64,000 nt of DNA from Octopus sinensis. Taxonomy: Eukaryota. Both the position numbers and the translations under genes were made by a program. Positions 49,752 through 60,980 of the stretch are shown here, in pieces (within the stretch, counting starts at the first letter, position 1; each line of letters starts with the position of its first letter). The notes below the pieces were generated by a model. The model did no database searches, was not told where the DNA came from, and worked only from the letters and a program-made list of their open reading frames with translations. The stretch spans positions 12,462,001 through 12,526,000 of the forward strand of contig NC_043010.1 in the NCBI RefSeq assembly GCF_006345805.1, given 5' to 3'.

Positions 49752-50349
49752 TTTCAATTTCTGTCTACCAGATCCACTCATAAGGCTTTGGTTGGCCCAA
49801 AGCTATAGTAGAAGACACCTGCTCATGATTCCACACAGTGAGACTGAACCTAGAACCATCTGGTTAGGAAGCAATTATCTTACCACATGACACAACCAAA
49901 CCTGCCCCTGTATGTTATCAATTTTTTTTATCTAAATACGACTATATCTTTATCACCACTAATTAGTTATTTATTACAAACATCCTACAGGGTACATGTT
50001 GATCTTTCTGCTACCATATTTTCATTAAAATAAAACTGCTTTTGTTTCAATTAATTTCAAACATAATGAAGAATTTAGTAAAATTGCTTTGAAACCATTA
50101 ACACTTTAATTACTCTATTTCTGTTGAAAATAACAAAGAATTTAGAAAAAAAATAACTTCCTCGTTACTAAGCTGGTGTTTGGAACAGAAATTAACACTA
50201 AATTTTCATGGAAGTTTTTAATTTGAATCACTTCAAAACCAGAAGTTTGTATCATAGAACCAGGAGTGATTGCAGGTAGGTTGGTATGAAAAGGGTTTGG
50301 TGTTTGGAACAAACTGAAATGAAATTGAAATGAGAAGTTTTATAAATAA

Positions 50350-50745
50350 CTAGCAGTATCGCCCGGCATTTCTCGGGTTTGTTTCGACCCTTTAGAATTG
50401 GAATTTTTGAAAAGTAAAAATTTTGCATTATGTAGCTTGGTATTCTCTTTAAGTGAACATTTTTCTGGTTGAAATACACCGAAAAATGGTGACACAGTAG
50501 TCAAAAAATCGTAACAAATAGGGATTTTCATTGAAAAAAAACACCTTTTTGATGTAAATAATTTTTGGTTTTAACATGGTCCGATTTGAATTTTATCTTC
50601 TAGTGAATGAAGAGCAAGCCTTCTTCTATCATGTTCTCAATTTTGGTCAACTTGTGCTGCAGGGTCTCAGAGGAGATAGTGTTAGTTGAAGGCTACCAAA
50701 CCTGCCATACACAGACAACTTCAGCTTTATATATATATAGAGAGA
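50350..50745 (-). mobile_element. Non-autonomous Helitron
   Basis: Element strand: A|TCTCTCTATATATATATAAAG ... ACAAACCCGAGAAATGCCGGGCGATACTGCTAG|T; 3' end nearly identical to 23681-23714. Confidence 0.82.
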
Positions 50746-51270
50746 TAATGTAATTAATGTATACAGTGCTTGGGTGTTTACAGCTCATCACAAAAAACAA
50801 CCAAAAGAGCATGAATAATGCACAGAAAGTGAATAATGAGTCATTAAAAAAAGTGAGGAGGATGGACATTGGGTGTACTGTTGGTGAATTTCAGGAAGGC
50901 TTTGGTCGGCCCGGGCCTATAGTAGAAGACACTTGCCCAAGGTGCCACGCAGTAGGACTGATCCCAGAACCATGTGGTTTGTAAGCAAGCATATACATTT
51001 ATGTTGGAAAAAATGCTGTGTGTGTGTGTGTGTGCCTTTATATTTGTATAGTTGATGTTTATCAAATTTCGCTTTACAAAGAGTATGTTAAAGTGAGGCT
51101 AAGAAGGAAAACAAGTAAAGTTCCTTAAAGCGAGAACTGTATGGTAGGGAAGCGAACTTTGTAACCCTACGGGCATGTCTGAAGGCAAGACTCATCAAAA
51201 GTCATTCCATTTCAGTCACATTATTCAGGAGAAAGATCTAGACATCATTGCATCTGTTCTGTTTCCTCAC

Positions 51271-51375
51271 AGAGTTTTAATATCGCGTTGCTGTTCGGAA
51301 GTTAAAGGGACGTAATTCAATGCTGCAAGGAACTTAGTAACACTATCCACCTCTTCTGTTTTCTGCGAGTTCGTT
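51271..51375 (-). CDS. Candidate internal exon, 105 nt, phase 2-2, TNSQKTEEVDSVTKFLAALNYVPLTSEQQRDIKT
   Basis: Minus strand ...TAAACTCTCCAG|exon|GTGAGG; open in one frame only; product not recognised. Confidence 0.28.
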
Positions 51376-51499
51376 CTGGAGAGTTTATAAATTAATGTTT
51401 TCGTGTTAAGAATTTTCTGTTCCATTTCAAATGATAAATAGGTGAAGAGTTGTTCCCCTTTAAATATTTTTTGATTTCCATGTGCGTGTGTGTACCTGC

Positions 51500-51586
51500 T
51501 CACACAAATATCTGTCTATATCTATCTTTCTATCTATCTATTTATCTTTCTATCTATCTATTTATCTTTCTATCTATCTATTTTTC

Positions 51587-51617
<31 letters not shown>

Positions 51618-51636
51618 CTGTCTATCTATCTATCTG

Positions 51637-51694
<58 letters not shown>

Positions 51695-51715
51695 AATCTA
51701 TCTATCTATCTATCA

Positions 51716-51770
<55 letters not shown>

Positions 51771-51771
51771 A

Positions 51772-51838
<67 letters not shown>

Positions 51839-51860
51839 AATCTATCTATCTATCTATCTA
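51500..51860. repeat. (TATC)n microsatellite
   Basis: Direct reading. Confidence 0.97.
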
Positions 51861-52466
51861 ATGTATCTGGTGGACGCGTCTGAAAGGATTGGAGACAAAC
51901 ACTTTCCTCTCTGGTCAATCTCTCATCAACTTCTTCAAGTACCACTTGAAAAGGAAAGTGAGAGTAGAGAGGCAAGTTTTGTCTAGCGAATGTTTTAAAA
52001 AAAGATGGGTGAATGTAGCAAGAATGGCACGTATGAATGACGAAGCCACCTTGAGCATAGTCCTATGAACCCAGAAATCGAAAACAGAGAGTTGCTTATT
52101 TGCAAAAAAAAAAAAAAAAAAAAAAAAGAATATAAAATGTGACTTCATTGACCGAGGTTACCGTGGTCTTTTCCGTAGGCTTTTCTTTCCACGGGTAAAC
52201 CTCACCTGTCCTCCCCTTTACACTTCATATTGACATTTCTGTGATAACGATCCCTATTGATCAATTTTTTTTCCTCTCCCCTTTTTTTTTTTTTTTTTTT
52301 TTAACCCCCCCTTCTTTTTGTCCTCTTTCTCTCCTTTTACGATCCCTTTTGATCGAAACTCCCCCTTCCTTTTTTTTTTTTTTTTTTTTAAACCTTCAAA
52401 AGAAAAGCTCTACCTTGTAATTTGTTCTATCTGTGTGCAGCCCTGTGTGGCTAATAAAGAAACATA
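51861..52466 (+). mobile_element. Tx1-like LINE 3' fragment embedded in (TATC)n
   Basis: Open frame 51862-52068, CIWWTRLKGLETNTFLSGQSLINFFKYHLKRKVRVERQVLSSECFKKRWVNVARMARMNDEATLSIVL*, fits the L1/Tx1 ORF2 C-terminal IWxxR...F...L...R.E...F...W pattern; pyrimidine-rich UTR ends AATAAAGAAACATA. Confidence 0.68.
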
Positions 52467-52810
<344 letters not shown>

Positions 52811-53145
52811 CACTACAATCAAAGAATCTGTGACATCACCAGCCTATCATTCTAACATTCCTGGAAATGAAGTTAGTTTGAATGAATCAAGATTCTGTTT
52901 TGGTTGGTATTTGTGCATGCACTCACACACACACACACACACATACACACACACACAGAGTCACATGTACACATATACATTCATATGTATGCACACACAC
53001 ACACACACACTCACACACACAATTCAACTTGCGCTTTCATTTCCATCAGCCTGCTTGAGTATCGTTTTGTTCATGTGTTGTTATTTGCATAATCAAACTA
53101 TCTAATATTAAAATTGGAATGTTTCTGTATAAAATATCCACATGT

Positions 53146-53550
53146 AGGCGCAGGAGTGGCTGTGTGGTAAGTAGCTTGCTTACCAACCAAATGGTTCCGG
53201 GTTTAGTCCCACTGCGTGGCACCTTGGGCAAGTGTCTTCTACTATAGCCTCGGGCCGACCAAAGCCTTGTGAGTGGATTTGGTAGACGGAAACAGAAAGA
53301 AGCCCGTCGTATGTATGTATATATATATATGTGCGTGCATGTGTGTTTGTGTGTCTGTGTTTGTTCCCCTAGCATTGCTTGACAACCGATGCTGGTGTGT
53401 TTACGCCCCCGTCACTTAGCGGTTTGGCAAAAAAGAGACCGATAGAATAAGTACTGGGCTTACAAAGAATAAGTCCCGGGGTCGAGTTGCTCGACTAAAG
53501 GCAGTGCTCCAGCATGGCCGCAGTCAAATGACTGAAACAAGTAAAAGAGT
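53146..53550 (+). mobile_element. SINE-A, full length
   Basis: SINE-A consensus. Confidence 0.93.
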
Positions 53551-53928
53551 ATGTGATAAAAAAAAAAAAGAAACACATTTAATCTGTCATAAACTCCTAA
53601 CTGTACCAAAAAGAGACAAGTAGCAGATGATACAAAATTATACACACAGCCAAGATTTATAGAGAAAGTAATTCTCTGGATATTAACAATGTCTGAGAAT
53701 GCATTCACTTCTAAACTGTTTATATTACAATGTCTATATTTAAGTTCAAATCTTCCAATTATTATTTTTTTGCGAGAGCATTTTAATAAGTTCCATGTAT
53801 CAGTTTTGTATCTCGGAAATCACTGTATTTGCTCATGTATAAAACATGCTCTCACCTAACATGGGAAGAAAGAATATTTTGTGGAAAAAGCAAAGTTAAT
53901 GTTTATCGTCTTCATCATATTGAAACAC

Positions 53929-54075
53929 GTTGTAGTGCACTTGAGCATATTGTTGCATGTCTGAGCACTTTGTAGTGCATCTAAGTGCATTGTAGTGCAC
54001 CTGAGCACATCATAGTGCATCTGAACACTTTGTAGTGCACCTGAGCACTATATACAATAAATTCATTATTATTTT
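53929..54075 (+). repeat. About six tandem 20-bp units (TTGTAGTGCACCTGAGCAC) from a CR1 3' terminus
   Basis: Unit matches the end of the 42990-43366 CR1; array closes with TATACAATAAATTCATTATTATT. Confidence 0.75.
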
Positions 54076-54084
54076 TATACGGTA

Positions 54085-54440
54085 GCCGTTGCCAGTTACC
54101 AGTGCCGCCTCGACTGGCCTCCATGCCGGTGGCACGTAAAAAGCACCATCCGATCGTGACCGTTACCAGCCTTGCCTGGTCCCCCGTGCCAGTGGCACAT
54201 AAAAAGCACCATCCGTCCGTGGCCGTTTGCCAGCCCCGTCTGGCCCCTGTGCTGGTGGCACATAAAAAGCACCCACTACTGATGGAGTGGTTGGCGTTAG
54301 AAAGGGCATCCAGCTGTAGAAACATTGCCAGATCAGACTGGGCCTGGTGCAGCCTTCTGGCTTGCCAGACCCCAGTTGAACCGTCCAACCCATGCTAGCA
54401 TGGAAAGCGGACGCTAAACGATGAGGATGATGATGATGAT
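54085..54440 (+). mobile_element. Element C with three 5' subrepeats and (GAT)n tail
   Basis: Element C consensus. Confidence 0.88.
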
Positions 54441-54690
54441 GGAGGCATGTGGCTTAGTGGTTAGGGTGTCAGCATCGTGATCGTAAGACTGTGGTTTCGA
54501 TTCCTGGACTGGGCAACACATTGTGTTCTTGAGCAAAACACTTCATTTCATGTTGCTCCAGTCCACTCAGCTGGCAAAAATAAATAATGCTGCGATGGAC
54601 TGGTGTCCCGTCCAGCTGGAGAACACATATGCCATTGAAACCGGGAAACCGGGCCCATGAGCCTGGCTAGGCTTTAAAAGGACGCATTTA
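54441..54690 (+). mobile_element. SINE with E-type head and V-domain-like segment
   Basis: TGGCTTAGTGGTTAGG (A box), GGTTTCGATTCC (B box), GCTGCGATGGACTGGTGTCCCGTCCAG (V-SINE-domain-like, from memory). Confidence 0.85.
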
Positions 54691-54897
54691 TATTTTTTTT
54701 ATTTATTATTATTTTTATACACTCAGTATCTCACCCATAATACAGTCACATTAGATGCAAGACAATTTTTGTTACATTTAATAATAAAATAACCACACCT
54801 TATACACCAACGTGGATGGTAGTTACTTTAGTTGATGCATCGAAATTCTTGAATATTTTCTAAATCAAAAGAAAATACATTGACCGTGTTTTTCATT

Positions 54898-55193
54898 GGA
54901 GGTGCAATGGCCCAGTGGTTAGGGCAGCGGACTCGCGGCCAGAGGATCGTGGTTTTGATTCTCAGATCAGGCATTGTGTGTGTTTATTGAGCCAAAACAC
55001 CTAAAAGCTCCATGAGGCTCCGGCAGGGGGGGGGGGGGTGACCCCTGTTGCACTCTTTCACCACAACTTTCTCTCACTCTCTCTTCCTGTTTCTTGAGTA
55101 ACACTGTGATGGACTGGCATCCCGTCCAGCTGGGGGGAACACAGAAACCAGGAAACTGGGCCCATGAGCCTGGCTAGGCTTGTAAAGGGCGAT
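54898..55193 (+). mobile_element. SINE with D-type head and body and V-like tail
   Basis: Head and body match 48150-48344; tail matches 54590-54690. Confidence 0.87.
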
Positions 55194-55319
55194 GTTTTTT
55201 TTTATGCTTTTCATTAAAAATAAAGGAATAAAAGCATTAAAGGATTAAATATTTACGGTCCATTTGAGAATGTTTTAATGAAAATGAGGAGTAAAAATAT
55301 AAAAGTTTTGAAGATGAAC

Positions 55320-55540
55320 TTGTCTGGAGTAACTTTGCTTGAGATGGGGCATAGCTTGGAGAGCAAGGAGTCTCTCCAGACCATGCAACTACTTCTCTGT
55401 ATTGAAGGCCCCACTCCAATACTATAGACGTGTAATTAGGAAAGGATTGCAAGATAGATTCTTCAAGCCAAAACCAAATGGCAGAAGATCTAGAAATAAA
55501 CCCCTAGGTCACTCTTTGGAATTCAGCCACAAAGTCTAAT
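55320..55540 (+). mobile_element. Possible decayed RTE C-terminal remnant
   Basis: LRWGIAWRA..RP...F.PKPNGRRSR.KP resembles RLRWxGH...P.G.R.RG.P. Confidence 0.35.
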
Positions 55541-55634
55541 GGCAGTTACTTCTGACAGGACCCTATGAAGGAGCGACCCAAGAACTCGAACCCCACAACC
55601 ATCCCAGGAATACTCAGGATTAGTGAACAGAAAA

Positions 55635-56128
55635 GATGGATGGATGGATGGCTAGGCCAGTGGATGTATGTATGTATGGATGGATGGACAGGTGGATGTA
55701 TGGATGGATGGACAGGTGGATGTATGGATGGATAGAAGGACGGGTGGCTGGATAGATGGATGGATGGATAAATGGATGGATGGATGGATGGATGGATGGA
55801 TGGATGGACAGGTGGATGGCTGGCTAAAGTGGTGGATGGATGGATAAATGGATGGGTGGGGGGATGGATGGATGGACGGATGGATGGACAGATGGATGGA
55901 CAGGTGGATGGCTGGCTGAACCGGTGGATGGATGGATGTATGGATGGATAGAAGGACGGGTGGCTGGATAGATGGATGGATGGGCAGATGGATGGATAAA
56001 TGGATGGGTGGGTGGGTGGATGGATAAATAGATGGGTGGGTGGGTGGATGGATGGATGGATGGACGGACAGATGGATGGACAGGTGGATGGCTGGCTAAA
56101 CCGGTGGATAGATAGATGGATGAATGGA
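55635..56128. repeat. (GGAT)n complex microsatellite with internal block duplications
   Basis: Direct reading; for example GGATAGAAGGACGGGTGGCTGG recurs about 215 bp apart. Confidence 0.95.
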
Positions 56129-56131
56129 TAC

Positions 56132-56340
56132 TTGTCTGGCAACTGAGTAGATTTGAGACGATGTGTTGAAATTTCAACAATTCCAGCATAATAGACACAT
56201 ATTGGCAATTCAAAACTGCACAAAGACTGTTATCTTCACTTAAACATTTATGATTTGTTTGATGACAACAAATAACAGTAAATGCTCTTGTGAAGTTTAC
56301 AGTTTTTGTGTCTTTTTCAATGGCTAATGTTTCTTCCATT
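56132..56340 (-). CDS. Candidate exon, 209 nt, [69 protein letters not shown]
   Basis: Strong acceptor TTTTTCTTATACAATTACAG; 69 open codons in non-repeat AT-rich DNA; donor GTATCC is weak; product not recognised. Confidence 0.3.
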
Positions 56341-56659
56341 CTGTAATTGTATAAGAAAAATAGTTTCTCTTGAAGAACTTTTTTTCTCTGTGATGGGGAA
56401 ACTGCTATTTCTATTCATATTACAGTTATTATGATACCATTAATTATTAATCAGTGTAAACAAATAAAAATTAACACCTAATTTTATTGATTTCTAACAT
56501 CAATGTTTGAATATTTTTATTGTATTGCTTGAATAAAATTTTCAAAGTTTTAGGAAACTTTTACAAAATGATACAAGGGAGGTAACTCTGTTAGTCTTAT
56601 ATTGGAATAACGTCACGGAGGCATAGTTAATGCGGGTGTTTCTATGCGCGCCTGATGCG

Positions 56660-56865
56660 TGTATGCGACTTTTATATCTTTCCCCTTTTTTTTCCTTTCC
56701 CCCTTTTTTTTAAAATTTTACCCCCCCCTTTTTTGTCCTCTTTCTTTCCTTTTACGATCCCTTTTGATCGAAAACCAAACCCCCTTTTTTACACCCAAAA
56801 GAAAAGCTCTACCTTGTAATTTGTCCTGTCTGTGTGCAGCCCTGTGTGGATAATAAAGAAACATA
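56660..56865 (+). mobile_element. Second copy of the Tx1-like 3' UTR
   Basis: Colinear with 52310-52466. Confidence 0.8.
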
Positions 56866-56867
56866 TG

Positions 56868-57725
56868 TCTTACTCGTTTCAGTCAACGGACTGCGGCCAT
56901 GCTGGAGCACCGCCTCGAAAAATTTAGCCGCACAAATCGACTCCAGTACTTATGTTATAACGCCTGTTACTTATTCTATTCTATCGGTGTCTTCGCCCGA
57001 GCCTCTAAGTTATGGGGACGTAAACAAACCGATGTCGAACGGTTGTGGCGGACCAACACAAGCACACACACACACTCACATTTATATACAACGAGCTTCT
57101 TTCTACTAAATCCACTCACAAGGCTTTGGTCGGTCCTGGGCTATCGTAGAAGACCCTTACTCAAGGTGACACACAGTGGGACTGAACCCAGAGGCACATG
57201 AGTAGGAAACAAACTTCTTATCTCATAGCCACATCTGCCAAAAGCATGGCTGTTCGATTAAGAAGCTTGCTTTTGGATTACATAGATCTGGGTTCAGTTC
57301 CACTGCATGACACCTGCAGCAAGTGTCTTCTACTATAGCCCTGGGCTAACCAAAGTCTTGTGACTGAATCTGGTACATGGAAACTGTGTAGAAGGATAGT
57401 GTATTCATAAATACATACACACATACTCACACACGCACACATATGTACATACACACGTGTCTGTGTGTGTGTGTGTATGTGCACACACACACACACACAC
57501 ATATATATACTCTTTTACTTGTTTCAGTCATTTGACTGTGGCCATGCTGGATTACCGCCTTTAGTTAGGACTTATTCAGGACATATTCAAGACAAACACA
57601 AACACACATATATACAACAGGCTTCTTTCAGTTTCCGTCTACCAAATCCACTCACAAGGCTTTGGTCAGCTGGAGGCTATAGTAGAAGACACTTGTCCAA
57701 GGCACCACACAGCCATTCCTGCAAC
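56868..57725. mobile_element. Cluster of three older SINE-A copies (-, +, -)
   Basis: Degenerate SINE-A at about 56868-57235, 57245-57400 and 57490-57725. Confidence 0.8.
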
Positions 57726-57741
57726 TATATATATATATATA

Positions 57742-58322
57742 TTTAATGTAGCATAAAATTTTTTCGAAAAAAAATTTTATCAATGGCCAGCATATTAAAA
57801 AATACCTTTAAAGGTTAAATTTATAAACAACTTATAAATAAGGGCAAACGAAAAAATTTCTAATGCCAAATATGCCGAAATTAGACACCCTGTCTATAAC
57901 CACATAATTTTTCACAATACGCATGCTACTCAAAAGAAGGTCAACAGAAATCTCTAAAAAATTCCATTATTACCATATCGGACTGATTTCAGGGTTTGTT
58001 CGTAAGAACCCTCCCTTCATCAGTGATAAATGTGGCAAAGAAATAAATGAGATACTTACTCATACCCATGGAAGAAGCAAACACTAAGTCACGAGCATAA
58101 TTAAGTACCCCAAATATATCCAAAATAGAAATTCTCCAGCCCATTTGAGACACGTGCGATTTGAACTGAAGCTCTCACAGAATGAGAGAGTCCGGAAGTG
58201 AACACTATTAAATTTATATTTAATGTAGGATAAAAGTTTTTTGAAAAAAAAGTTTTTTATCAATGGCCAGCATATTAAAAAAATACCTTTAAAAGTTAAA
58301 TTTATAAACAACTTATAAATAA
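57742..58322 (-). mobile_element. Penelope-like partial tandem terminal repeat with decayed hammerhead
   Basis: About 100-bp direct repeats (57742-57843 and 58219-58322) around CTGATGAAGGGAGGGTT...AACCCTGAAATCAGTC (57976-58028). Confidence 0.5.
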
Positions 58323-58329
58323 TTTTTTA

Positions 58330-58562
58330 TCTGTGTGTGTGTCGTCGTATTTGTCCCCCTCCACTGCTTTTACAACCGGTGTTGGTGTGTTTACTTCCCC
58401 GTAAGTCCACCAGTCCTTTGGCAACAGACGAATCGAATAAGTACCAGACAGAAAAAAAAAACAAAAAACCAATAAGTGCAGGGGTTGATTTGTTAGACGA
58501 TAATCCTTCAAAGCGGTGCCCCAGCATGGCCACAGTTCAATGAATGAAAAAAGTAAAAGATA
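58330..58562 (+). mobile_element. Older SINE-A-related 3' half
   Basis: Tail GCGGTGCCCCAGCATGGCCACAG...TGAAAAAAGTAAAAGA. Confidence 0.75.
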
Positions 58563-58979
58563 ACCGATAAGACATTATACTATTAACTGACCAACAAAGG
58601 GGTAATCAACCAAAGAAAGCCCCAAACCTCACTAGCTAAAAGCAATTCTACAATAACCCTTTATTTTTACCATAAGCAGACACAAATTATTTCCCTTTAT
58701 ACCCTTTTTACCATTATCGCTAATTTCTCTCTAGAATTTTCCAGGAATTTTACTAAGCTCCTGATGTGATTAAAGCAGGCACGTGCCGTGTGTAATTACT
58801 CAGGGTAGGCAGCGGGTGACGTTTTTGTAGTAAAGCACCAAAAAAAAAGATAAGCGAAACACAGACGCGCGACTGAGCTGGAGGTAGATTTACTTCTGCC
58901 TTTATAACATGTAAAGAAAACGTTGCAGGAATGTACGCAATACGTGTACTGTAACGGTACTATGCGTAGGTTTAATACT

Positions 58980-59324
58980 TATTTATCTATTACCCACAAG
59001 GGGTTAAACATAGAGGGGACAAACAAGGCCAGACATAGGTATTAAGTCGATTACATCGACCTCAGTGCGTAACTGGTACTTATTTAATTGTAAGGTGGCG
59101 AGCTGGCAGAAACGTTAGCACGCCGGGCAAAATGCTTAGCGGTATTTCGTCTGCCGTTACGTTCTGAGTTCAAATTCCGCCGAGGTCGACTTTGCCTTTC
59201 ATCCTTTCGGGGTCAATAAATTAAGTACCAGTTACGCAGTGGGGTCGATATAATCGACTCAATCCGTTTGTCCGTCCTTATTTGTCCCCTCTGTGTTTAG
59301 CCCCTTGTGGGTAGTAAAGAAATA
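58980..59324. mobile_element. Compound SINE-B insertion: inverted 3' half (58980-59090) plus full copy (59091-59324), one 24-bp TSD
   Basis: GGTACTATGCGTAG(G/T)TTTAATACT at 58956-58979 and 59325-59348. Confidence 0.92.
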
Positions 59325-59364
59325 GGTACTATGCGTAGTTTTAATACTGGGTGTGTTTACCTGT

Positions 59365-59495
59365 CTAACACCCATGAACATGTATACAAAGTCGGATAAC
59401 AGCACAGCTCCCATGACTTTCGGAAACATTTTTTTCATGCTAAGAGTTGCTGAAGCATGGAACAGACTGCCGGCATCAGTTGTTAGTTGTCGATG
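59365..59495 (+). mobile_element. CR1 fragment, same family as 42990-43366
   Basis: QHSSHDFRKHFFMLRVAEAWNRLPASVVSC. Confidence 0.82.
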
Positions 59496-59524
59496 TAGAT
59501 TTGTAAACTTTTGATAAAGATTTG

Positions 59525-59912
59525 CATGCCTCTGTGCCGGTGGCATGTTAAACACACCATTCGAGTGTGATCGTCACCGCGTCGCCTTACAAGCACTTGT
59601 GATGGTGGCACATGAAACATTCGAGCGAGGACGTTGCCAGTGCCGCTGGACTGGCTCCTGTGCAGGTGGCACGTAAAAAGCACCATTTCGAGGTGGCTGT
59701 TAGCCAGTACCACCAAACTGGCCCTCGTGCCGGTGGCCCGTAAAAAGCACCCAGTACACTCTCGGAGTGGTTGGCGTTAGGAAGGGGCATCCAGCTGTAG
59801 AAACTCTGCCAGATCAAGATTGGAGTCTGGTTCGCCAGACCTCAGTCAAATCGTCCAACCCATGCTAGCACGGAAAGCAGACGTTAAATGATGATGATGA
59901 TGATGATGATGA
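59525..59912 (+). mobile_element. Element C with about four 5' subrepeats and (GAT)n tail
   Basis: Element C consensus. Confidence 0.87.
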
Positions 59913-60311
59913 TGGAAATGATTTCCACCACAACCCATCTCCTTCTGCCATCATACATAACCGTTTTCAGTCATTCTTTCTCCAGTTCCATCAATACGAA
60001 GGCTTTAAGTTGAATTAGATATTTTATGTTGCAGAAAATATTTCTTAATATCTAAGCAATAAGTTTACGATCTAGATGAAAGTCTGCTTTAAGTGTATCC
60101 TAAGATAAGCTCTAACTTTAACCCAGCACTTTCGTCCAAGAAGATAAATGCACTATTTTCAAAAACCATTTAAAGAAAGATATTGAGTCTTGTTAGATGT
60201 GAAAGACATTAATTGCAATTATGTAGACTGAAGCCGTTTAAAGTAGCATGTTTAGAAGTTTAGACTAATAACTTTATACTTTGTAGACACAGTGCTTCGG
60301 TTGTGAAATTA

Positions 60312-60559
60312 TCTCTTTTACTCTTTACTCTCTTTTACTTGTTTCAGTCATTTGACTGTGGCCATGCTGGAGCACCGCCTTTAGTCGAGCAAATCGACCC
60401 CAGGACTTATTCTTTGTAAGCCTAGTAGTTATGCTATTGGTCTCTTTGGCCAAACCGCTAAGTTACGGGGACGTAAACACACCAGCATCGGTTGTCAAGC
60501 GATGTTGGGGGGACAAACACAGACACACAAACATACACACATACATATATATATATGTG

Positions 60560-60605
<46 letters not shown>

Positions 60606-60786
60606 TATATACACATACATATATACAACGGGCTTCTTTCAGTTTCCGTCTACCAAATCCACTCACAAGGCTTTGGTCAGCTCGAGGCTATAGTAGAAGA
60701 CACTTGCCCAAGGTGCCATGCAGTGGGACTGAACCCGAAACCATGTGGTTGGTAAGCAAGCTACTTACCACACAGCCACTCCTGCG
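60312..60786 (-). mobile_element. SINE-A, full length
   Basis: SINE-A consensus. Confidence 0.93.
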
Positions 60787-60980
60787 TGCTTATGTTCATA
60801 TTCAATGATGACCGTAAATATGTTGATGAAAATAACCAGGCCTTGAGTTCAATACTAGAGCAATGACTGAGTGTGTGTGTTGAGTGGCAGGATGTCCAAA
60901 CAAAACATATACATAATACAGTATATATCAGAAAATCTAAAACAAATATGAGGTTCTTAGGCCTGTCACAAGTGTATAGG

